Part shown: one piece after another, positions 29,373-39,377 of the stretch | Numbering within the stretch: position 1 is the stretch's first letter | Layout of the letters: the number at the start of each line of letters is the position of its first letter | Origin: Guillardia theta CCMP2712 | Taxonomy: Eukaryota; Protista; Cryptophyta | Direction of reading: 5' to 3' | Length of the DNA: 64,000 nucleotides | Assembly: GCF_000315625.1 (NCBI RefSeq) | Contig: NW_005434545.1 | Span: 120,786 to 184,785 of the forward strand | The notes under the pieces: model-generated | Told to the model about the DNA's origin: nothing | The model's input: only the letters and a program-made list of their open reading frames with translations | Databases searched by the model: none | Position numbers and translations under genes: made by a program

Positions 29373-30379
29373 TGCGCACGTGCCCTTTGCCCCCTCTTCC
29401 CCGCTCAATCCTCTCTCAGTACCCCACCCACCCTCATGGAACACCTTGATGCAGTACCCGGTCTGTAGTAATGTTTTTGTATCAATTAGTACCCCTCCTC
29501 CAAGTACCCCCTTTGTCACAGCTCGGCGCTTCACGTGAACAATGGTAAGCTTAGTGCTGATGCTCTTGCTCCCAGTCCTGCTGCTGAACACACACCTTCC
29601 ACCGCTCCTGCCCATCACCACACGCACCAACAGCACTGTCTTCACTGTCTCCTCTTCTCCAAGTCACCATGTTCCCTTCATATGTCATGCCCATGCACAG
29701 AATCTTTCCTCGCGATAGATTGTCAATGCTATGCGTGAGGGACAAGTCTGATGCTATATCAACCTGTGAAGGCTTCTTTTCTCGAACGCTGCGTTATGTG
29801 TTCCAGGGCATGTTGCTTTCGCAAATGTCATCTTCTTGCTTCGCAATCTGACAGGATTCTTTCCTCTAGCAGACTAAGAGGTGGATATAGGCACGTGGGC
29901 GACGGAGATAATGGTGAGCGTGAGCTTGTGTCTTGTGGGTGATACCGAGCGAGAGCTGCCCGATGATTCACATGAAAGTTTGAGGATATCTGAAGCAGGG
30001 AGGGGTGCGAGGATACGAGGAAGGCTGGGGTGCGACATGAGTACAGCTTTTTGCTGTATTGTAGTCGTAGCGCTGTCTGCCTCGTTCCAACCAGCCCTCG
30101 CTGTTATGAAGTCAAACTTGCCGTGAGGGATGTTTGAACTCTTTTTGACTCAATGACTGTTCTGCTCGGCTCCTAGTGACGGATGATGGCAGGAGATGGT
30201 CAAGGATGTCTGGAGGTGAACGAAGACCTGTAGCATCGGTCGTCCATGTACATTGGGTTTTGTACAGTATTGTATCTATGTGAATGATTCTGTATGTAGA
30301 GTAGAGTTTTTCTTTTGAAAACAATTACATGAGTGTAAAGTCTCTCTGCCTAGACGTTCTCTTGCCTCCAGCAGTGCGC

Positions 30380-33375
30380 TCACTTCCCCGTCTTGCTCTT
30401 GCCAAGGCGACTGACACCGAAGGGCATAGCTGGAGCTGCCTTGGGTTTGCTAGTGGAGCTGCTCTTCTTAATAGCGTTGATCTTTTCCATGAAGTTTCCC
30501 TTGGGGGCAGAGTCGGACTGGCAAGTGAGGTCAGCAAGGCGTACTTGCACTGGGGAGTGCAAACTGTTTACCTTGTTGATCAGCTTGTTCTTCACGGAGA
30601 AAAGATTCGACAAGTTAGACTTGTTGTCCTTGATGGGACGCCCCGTCGGGGTCTCTGCTTTGGAGCGCGAGCTTGGGCTCGGATCAACAAACCGTCGAGG
30701 CTCATTGTGAACCTCTTCAGGTTCCTCGTCCATCTGGTCTCTAGTCGGCGAAGCAGGTTCAGAATGCTCTTCTACCGGGGCTTCCTCCATCAGCATCATC
30801 GGCTCTTCTTCCTCAACCTCAAGCTCCTGGAATCTCACTTGTCGATATTCGTCCATGATCTCAGCAAGGTTGGGAAGTCTATGGCGGTTTGCAAGCGTGA
30901 TGGCTGCTTCGAGCGCTTTCTCGCTAGAAATCTGTTTCGCCAAGTCCAGAGCTTTGGCCAATTTGCGCTACACAACATTGCTTTAGAACCAGAAAGAAAG
31001 CGTATGAAATGAAGTACCTGCTCGCATGCTGCGTTGATGAGTTGAATCAACTTCTTGTCCAACTCCAACTTCATCACATCAATGTCGTCGTCGTCACCTC
31101 CGGATTGAGAAGCTTGAAAATTGACGAAGATGCTGCCTCTCAACCATGGTTCCTCCAAGTCATGGCCCGGAAGGATCGGCATCTTTAAGTCATACTTGAC
31201 TAGCACTGGCTGGGGCACGTCTGGGTACCTTTGGAACACGCGTCATCAAGGAATAATTGCATTTTTGCAATACCTCTTCTCAATCTTGCATACGACACCG
31301 AGCAAATTAGAGTCCGTGATCCGAATAGGCCAGAACCAGTCACGTTGATGCTTGTTGCAAGTCTTGATGTCCAACATCGGGATCCATTGCCCCGAGAATT
31401 CTGCATGACTGTACACCATTACCATGCCTTCTGAATCCATTATCGCTACCATGCCTGTCTCTGTTACCTGATGGATTTCATAAATTGAGGTGCATTAGAA
31501 AACGATTGAGTTTCACCTGCAACCATTCCAATTTTGATCCAGGAGACAAACACACTGGTCCGCGTGCGACTGTCGTCTTCGTACTGATATTCATGAGGAG
31601 GAATTGCAATTCTTGATCTCCAGACAGTGAAGGAGACGAAGGTGTATGATAGATAAAGCATAGGAAGTCATTGCAGCCGTGCATACAGAGTGCAGGTCCT
31701 GGGAACATCACTGTCATCAACTGGACACAACTAGTGCTGAAGATTCGCAAAATCCGTTTTGAAGTGGCAGCAGCTACCCAAGATTCGCTCGTTGCGACGG
31801 CCATAATCTCCTCATTCTCAGGCATGGTTGTTGTCCAATCTGACTGGGATGCCCACGAATCGAAGGGGCGATATGATAAAGTGCTCAAATTCAGATCTCC
31901 ATTCCTTTCTCTGACCTACGACCAGACAAAGATCAGATTGGTTTTCAGCTTGCAAAATATTAAATACCTGAGGACTTGCAAATACAGCCCCTGAAGCGTC
32001 CATTGCGGCCATCGTGAATCCTGTGAAATCGTTGAACCTGATTGGACGATGAGTGTTGATATCTGCAAATTCGATTTCGATAGCGTTGTATGTCGATTCG
32101 TTGCGACTTGTGATATGCCCAACAGTGGTGTAGGTGAGAAATCTTCTCTTCAATTCAACTGGCGTCGACTACCACAGGTGAGTTGCGTTTTCAAGTGCAA
32201 GGATCAAGTACCTGAGGCTGAAAGGAAGCTTGAGGAATCGGGCGACTTATAGACACTGACTGCACGTTGGATTGTTTATATGCAGATGGGTCTGCTTGAT
32301 CCAAGTCCAGCGCATCTTCATCTAAATCACCAACTGAATCGACATCTGCTTGGTCACTATCTACTCTGTCATTTGGACCAATTTTGTCGCTTGGAATAAC
32401 ACCATCAACGAGTCCGTATGTTCCTTCAACAGATATCAAAGCAATACTGTTCGAAAAAGGGTCCCATCTTGCAGACAGAATCTTTGATGAGTTCTCGTAC
32501 CTGCCGCACACAGTGAGCACAACAAGCAACAACACATGAATGCACCTCTTGATGGACTCTCTTGAGCTGATATCCCATATCACAATGACACCGGAGGTAT
32601 CGACAGACAGCAAATAAAGCCCGTTGGAGCTGAATGCAAGATCGGTGACATTTTGCAAATGTCCACCAACGCACGATTCTGCCTCTTTCCAGTCTTCCCG
32701 CTCAAAGATCTTGATGTCGCGAGAACCTGCAACTGCAAAGATTGATCCATCGGGGGACCATGCTACTCTGCACAGGTTGGCAGGGACACCATCCTTGATG
32801 GAAGATGCAGCATCCTTTTCCAGGACTTGGCTGATTTTGTGCTTCTCTGTTCCAGACTCAACATCCCAGATACGGAGGCTGCGATCGGATCCAGTGGAGA
32901 GCAAGAATTCGTTCTTTGGATCAAAGCTCACAGACTTGACACCACCTTCATGCCCCTGCAAAGTCTTGAATTCTTCAACATTGTTGACGTTGACGATTTT
33001 GATCTCAGAGTCATCAGAAGCGATAGCAAGGAATGAACTGTCCTGGCTGAAAGCCAGATCCCGGATTGGAAGGGAGCAACGAGTGACGTTCCGTTCAAAA
33101 TCTGCATCCTCCATTCTGAACAACGCCACAAGGCTCTCTTCTCCACCAGCTGCAACACTCTGTCCGTTGGGACTGACGGCCACAACATGCACTGGGCCAT
33201 GAAAATGGTCAATCTCCTCCACATCATTGCCTTCGTCCCCGTACTTCTCCAGGTCGTGGATCTTCACAAGGCAGTCACTTCCGCAAGTCACAAGTTTCCT
33301 GTCCTTGATCCCGGGGGCGAATTGCATGGAGCAAAACCCCTCCAGGTGAGCATTTCTCGTTGTCAGCCTTTTCAT
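30380..33375 (-). CDS. WDHD1: WDHD1/And-1/Ctf4 replisome hub protein
   Basis: N-terminal WD40 (RNAHLEGFCS, LVTCGSD, TRCSLPIRDLAFS); SepB domain KRRFLTYTTVGHITSR...IEIEFAD; LSYRPFDSWASQSDW; WIPMLD...FWPI; helical C-terminus AITLANRHRLPNLAE. Confidence 0.9.
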
Positions 33376-34208
33376 CTGACGGGGGCCTCCGACCTGCAAA
33401 ACAACAAGATCCATCAATATTTCGGTACCAACTAGGCACTGACACGATTGTTACTTGTCTACAATCATAGTAGACATCCTCGACATCTTCGCTCCTGATA
33501 CATGCTCACGATCAAGATGAATCCATACTTTCATTTCTATCACAGCATGCTGAATGTTGGCACTGGTCGATCAACCATATTTCTTGGACACTCTTGAATC
33601 ACTGACAATCTCCTGCCTGATAACCTCCTGATCCTGTTCCATTGCCTCCCACCATTCCTCCCTCCATCTTCATCCCTGGCTCCCTCGCCTGCATTGCCCT
33701 CCCCTCGCCCTTCATTTCCCGCCTTTTCTTCCGATGACAACCCCTACGCTACAGTCCCAGAGACCACCCCACCATTCCAATATGACAAGTACCCCTCCTT
33801 CAGACCACCCCATCGAAAGCCTTCTAAAATACCCCCATCATCTTGGAAACGTTACATTACGTTTCAATAAAATTTAACGGTTGTAACGTTGAATGCCCCT
33901 TCGGTATTATCATGGCGATGGTGGGATAGAGCAAGGGAGCAGGGGGAGGTACAGGTAGATAATGGTGAAGGCAGTTGGCAGGCAGGAAGATAGGGATACA
34001 GACAGGAAGATAGGCAGATAGAAGATTAAGGTACAGGGCTTACTTTGACAGCATCATAGATTGTTGGTATTGATGAAAGCATGTATTCACAACTCATCGT
34101 GCGGAAGTCAGATGGCAATGGAGACAGAATAGCAGAATATGGGCATTATTGATCGAAATCTTGACTGAAGGTTAAAAGGATTCTTGTTTAACATTCAAGC
34201 AGGTGACC

Positions 34209-34924
34209 ATGAGGGCGTGGGCTATCCTTGCTTCATGTCTTGCAGCCATCGCTTGCCTCGGCTTGATCGTCTACAATAACACCGCCCACCAGACAAGCTT
34301 GCAGCAAAAGAATGTTGTGTACTACAGACAGAACAGGATCAATTCTCTCCCCGTAGCTGTTGCAAGACCGTTGGCAGCAAATCAGCACATTGCCAACGCT
34401 CATTATCAACAGCGCTCGATTCAGCATTCTGTCGATCGCCGCTTCGGGAAGAGATCTGATGGTGCGGGCATTGCAGCAAAGCGAGCCAAGGAAGAAGCGG
34501 AGAAAGATTATCTCAAAACGTACAACATGGCGATCCAGGTGCCTCCGATTGAATGTATGAAGTCGCTTGTTGATACAGTCCAGGCCGAAAATGCGGAGGA
34601 GACTCAGGAGCGCAAGTACAGGGCGTTGAGAGCTAAGGTACTCTACTCGACTTTTCATCCTGCATGTTGAATATGGGCATGCAGCATGAGCAAGAGAGAA
34701 CGAAGGTTTTCAACGAGTTGAAGAACAGAGCGAACAAGTGAGTGCCTTTATGTGGCTTCATGTGCATACACTCCGTAGTTGTCGCTTTAATAATGACTGT
34801 GGATGTTGTTTGACATGAGATTCCTCGCAGGAAGGAAGGGTGGGACAAGCTGGAGCGCGAGATGGGAATGATCATGGACGGTGTTGACGGCCTTCACTAC
34901 AAGGGATACGCGCGTGGCCATTGA
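34209..34924 (+). CDS. Hypothetical small type II membrane/secreted protein with a coiled-coil tail
   Basis: MRAWAILASCLAAIACLGLIVY anchor, three short introns, ends GLHYKGYARGH*. Confidence 0.6.
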
Positions 34925-35754
34925 TACGGACGAGGGCATCGGTCATGATGCTGAGACACCAGCTAGAGCTTGTAGCGTATTGAACTTGCAGAAAGTGTCT
35001 TGATGTGTCGATTTATGATCCCACTAAGACTGTATAAGAGCACCTGAGGTCTGCCGGCCTTATAACTTGGGGGATTTTTCGGACGCCTCCTTCTGGCGAC
35101 CTGAACATCGGAGTAGGGGATCACCGACTGTTCATAGAATCCTTCTCATAGTAGTTTTAGTCAAATTCAACTCCAAAGAGAAAATTGACCTAAAAATGTT
35201 TGCTCCGTCAATTTATGCCTTTTCCGTTGCCTGGGCTGCCGTGCCACTCGAGACAAGGAAGGGCAATGTTGAGCAAAACTTTCCTCTATTTGATATGAAT
35301 AGGCGTGTATAGTTACTGAGATCAAACAGCTCAATCCTTGGCTGAGAATCACACCTATAGCACGTTGAATGTGTAAGGTATGCATTCAAATTTGCACTTG
35401 CGTACCACAGCACTGATCAGCTATAGGTGTTGGTTGTTCACATCCAGAAGCCTTGAAGGGAAACATGAAGGGAACCGATCAGAGAAGCAACCTCGAAGAC
35501 ATCAAGGAAATTCGATTCTCCTTGCTGTGTTGAGGCCCTAGCTTCCTTTACCTGAATGCTTCGTCGGTTGAATATGAAACATATTTCAAGAGACTTCCTG
35601 TTGCTTTGCCATGAGGCTAGTTGATATGCCTGATCGCCGCGAGAGAAGATGCCAGAGGAGAGACGGTTTACTCAAGACCACTAGCGAATCGGAAGGCAGG
35701 AGGGCGAGGAGGACATGAGAGGAGAGGAAGGAGAAAGCTACGGGTAGAGACGGT

Positions 35755-36499
35755 TTACTTGATATCACTTGCGAGGAAGGGATGCTTCAGAGCCTCCTGT
35801 GCTGTCATCCTCGTGCGGGGATCGATGTCGAGGCAGCGGTTGAGGAAGTCCCAGATCGCATGTTCCTCCTCCACCTCTAGCCAGTCCTTGCATCCCGCAT
35901 CCGCGCCCAGGGAGCTTGTCAAGGTCCGCCATGTTTGCTTCAACCCGCGGGCATAGCTGAGATGAAGTTCCAATGGTCCGAACTGCCAATGACATCAAGT
36001 TAGCAAACTCAGACTTCCCGCCTCCATATCACCCTCATCCTCATCCTCATGATACAACAACGCCGACGACAACAATTTTACTTCAACGTCGAGCTTGAAA
36101 TCTTCGATAACATCTCTGATCTTATCTCTGTACTGACCCGTATACCCATAGTTGTGCTTCCACACAGCATCCATGCTCTTGATGTACATGCGCGAGCTGC
36201 CAGACATTCAGACAAGCGCACTTACCAAGTTACACAAAGATCGTTAGGCCGGAACCACTGGAACTGTGTCGTGCGGCACAGCAGGGTAAGTAGTACTACC
36301 CCAGCAGCCCACACGTCCACTGCTGTGGTCTGGAACTGACTGCCCATGAGCACTTCGGGCGCTCGGTATCCCCGAGTTCCCCCGCGGTTGACTGGAAGTT
36401 CGAGTTTGACCCCTGAGTTCCTCACTGTCACCGATGCGTTCGTCTTGCTGACGCCCAACATCCGCCTCTTCGCCATCTGCTGCACCATCCATAGCTGCC
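35755..36499 (-). pseudogene. Cdc7-like Ser/Thr kinase, C-terminal half only
   Basis: NRGGTRGYRAPEVLMGSQFQTTAVDVWAAGVVLLTLL and DFLNRCLDIDPRTRMTAQEALKHPFL*. No N-lobe, HRD or DFG exon found upstream on this strand. Confidence 0.6.
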
Positions 36500-36697
36500 T
36501 GTTAACAGTATACCGGACCCACCTACTACTGACACGTGTCCCATAAAACCCCTTGGGATCCAAACGACAGCGGAATCAGTGGCGGACCTACTCCAAAGCT
36601 CCCTAAGGCTGAGATCCTACCAGAAAGAAAGGAGATCCTACCAGACTCTCAACAACCTACGTCGAACACTTTCCGCCCAGTGCCGCGGCAGTCTACC

Positions 36698-39111
36698 ATG
36701 GCCAGGAGTTCGAACCATAAGAATACAGGTAAAATCATCCGCAAGCTCAATCAAAACAAATCTTGCAACAGTTTCGAAAGTCAACTCTATACCAATCTTG
36801 CGCCTATCACAGTCGAGATGTTGAGATTTCAAAGATTAAATCCGATTGAAGATCTTGTGTTTATCAATACAAAAGTGTATCGGGTTTCCTGGAACAACAT
36901 TTTCGTCGCGGAGAGATCGGCGAGTCAACTCAAAGGCATTTCTGAAGAAATCAAAACGTACAGCATCAATTGCGAATTTCAGTTCGATCTCTATTTTCGA
37001 ATCTTACCGATTACCCCAACCATGAGTTTGAGAGGAATTTTGGAATGCGTACTGGACTTTGACGATGCTTCGGAAGAAGCCAGCTCGCTCGTCATCGCCT
37101 TACACACATACGGTAGAGAGGAGGACGAGGATGCCAGAAAGCAGCTAGAGCGTCTTGTTCTGATGGAAAATGATCTTGTACATTTTGAATTCACTGAATG
37201 TACCTCAAGTATTGTACAGAAGCTCTGGCAACTTGAAACTGCTTTGTCGCTCAGGCAACAAATGTGGCCACCGGACCAGGCTGAAAGCAGCAACACCAGG
37301 CTGGTGGCGATGGGCGTGATAGTCGGAGGAAGCAAGACGGTCTTCGTCGACAACGCCATTCATATTGCTAAGCAATGGCAGCTCGCCAAGGAGGCAAACA
37401 TCTTACTAGCTCAGTGCGGAGTACCAATCTTCCTGTGTCATGCAGAGCCTCAGACTGTCTATGGCATGTTCAATGACGTGAGAACGAGCCTCAAGGTATG
37501 ACGTCTCTAATTCTCGACATCGATGACTCGCCCCTTTAAAGGAACTTCGAGACGAAATCGTTCAAACGGTTGAGAAACACATGGTATGTGGAGCACGGTC
37601 ACCGGGTGTTAGTAGCGGAGGCTCGAGTCTCACTGAGGGATTGACCGTAACAATGCGGCAGGAGCCTGTCAGAAAGGATGTGCACGAGCTCGAGAGCAAA
37701 ATGGATACGGGGCTGTCGGTCAGTGGGAATTTGATCAAGCTTGAAGACAGTCATAGAGGAGCTAACGAATGTGCAGGAGGTCAAGAATGAGGTGCAGCAG
37801 CTGAAGGGAAGCCTGCACGAGCTCGAGAGCAAAATGGATACGGGGTTGTCGGTGGGCCCAGTCACTGATCTTGACACATAGAGGAGCTAACGAATGTGCA
37901 GGAGCTCGAGAGCAAAATGGATACGGGGCTGTCGGTCAGTGGGAATTTGATCAAGCTTGAAGACAGTCATAGAGGAGCTAACGAATGTGCAGGAGGTCAA
38001 GAATGAGGTGCAGCAGCTCAAGGGAAGCCTGCACGAGCTCGAGAGCAAAATGGAAACGGGGTTGTCGGTGGGCCCAGTCACTGATCTTGACACATAGAGG
38101 AGCTAACGAATGTGCAGGAGCTCGAGAGCAAAATGGATACGAGGCTGTCGGTGGGCCCAGTCACTGATCTTGACACATAGAGGAGCTAACGAATGTGCAG
38201 GAGGTCGAGAGCAAAATGGATACGAGGCTGTCGGTGGGCCCAGTCACTGATCTTGACACATAGAGGAGCTAACGAATGTGCAGGAGGTCGAGAGCAAAAT
38301 GGATACGAGGCTGTCGGTGGGCCCAGTCACTGATCTTGACACATAGAGGAGCTAACGAATGTGCAGGAGGTCGAGAGCAAAATGGATACGAGGCTGTCGG
38401 TGGGCCCAGTCACTGATCTTGACACATAGAGGAGCTAACGAATGTGCAGGAGGTCGAGAGCAAAATGGATACGAGGCTGTCGGTGGGCCCAGTCACTGAT
38501 CTTGACACATAGAGGAGCTAACGAATGTGCAGGAGGTCGAGAGCAAAATGGATACGAGGCTGTCGGTGGGCCCAGTCACTGATCTTGACACATAGAGGAG
38601 CTAACGAATGTGCAGGAGGTCGAGAGCAAAATGGATACGAGGCTGTCGGTGGGCCCAGTCACTGATCTTGACACATAGAGGAGCTAACGAATGTGCAGGA
38701 GGTCAAGAATGAGGTGCAGCAGCTCAAGGGAAGCCTGCACGAGCTCGAGAGCAAAATGGAAACGGGGTTGTCGGTGGGACCAGTCACTGATCTTGACTCA
38801 CATACTACCGAGGAGCCGCAGTAACGAATGTGCAGGAGGTCAAGAGCAAAATGGATACGGGGTTGTCGGTGGGCCCAGTCACTGATCTTGACACAGAGGA
38901 GCTAACGAATGTGCAGAAGGTCAAGGGTAGCATGCAGGAGCTTGCGCAGGATATGCGGCAGGTGGGTCAAGAGATGGCTGAAACTCAGTCCACTGAGTTG
39001 ATTCGTGAAAAGATGTTCCATCAAGCCCTTAGGGATATTTCGAATAGCAATTTCCCGGCGCAGCAGCAGCCTGACCGTGGCACGACTGTCGATGACGGCC
39101 GCGGCGCCTGA
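36698..39111 (+). CDS. Orphan protein: globular N-terminal domain plus long repetitive coiled-coil encoded by tandem mini-exons
   Basis: About 800-nt first exon, then phase-0 exons ELRDEIVQTVEKHM, EPVRKDVHELESKMDTGLS, repeated ELTNVQEVESKMDTRLS, and a terminal exon ending DDGRGA*. Confidence 0.55.
37686..38916 (+). repeat. Tandem array with 83-bp core period (51-nt exon-like + 32-nt intron-like), plus 93-nt exon and 40-nt intron variants; about 13 units
   Basis: Near-identical units start at 38100, 38183, 38266, 38349, 38432, 38515 and 38598. Longer variants at 37759, 37975 and 38681 carry the insert KNEVQQLKGSLHEL. Confidence 0.95.
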
Positions 39112-39377
39112 CCGTCACGGCATGGTATAGTAGAACAGTATAAATCTTTCAGTTATTCTTTCTCAGTCATCCAGTCAGCCATCAGAGTCTCTATGATAGT
39201 ATCATAAATGATAGCGCCTTTCCTGTTCGCAAGTTCCGAGCGTCACCGTACTATCATGTGTAGTATCAGTGATGCCGCCGGGCCCGGGACTCCGGGAGGC
39301 GGCCGGCAACGGTTCGGCAAGGAGTCCGACCAAGGACGCTCACAGGCGGGCCCGCCTGCTCCATCCGTCTCTCCGAC

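Noticed and set aside
30380-36499. Replication gene cluster (Ctf4 next to Cdc7)
   Set aside because: Only two genes, one a fragment, separated by an unrelated gene; chance is sufficient.
37686-38916. CRISPR-like array
   Set aside because: Units are identical end to end with no unique spacers, no cas genes are present, and the context is eukaryotic.
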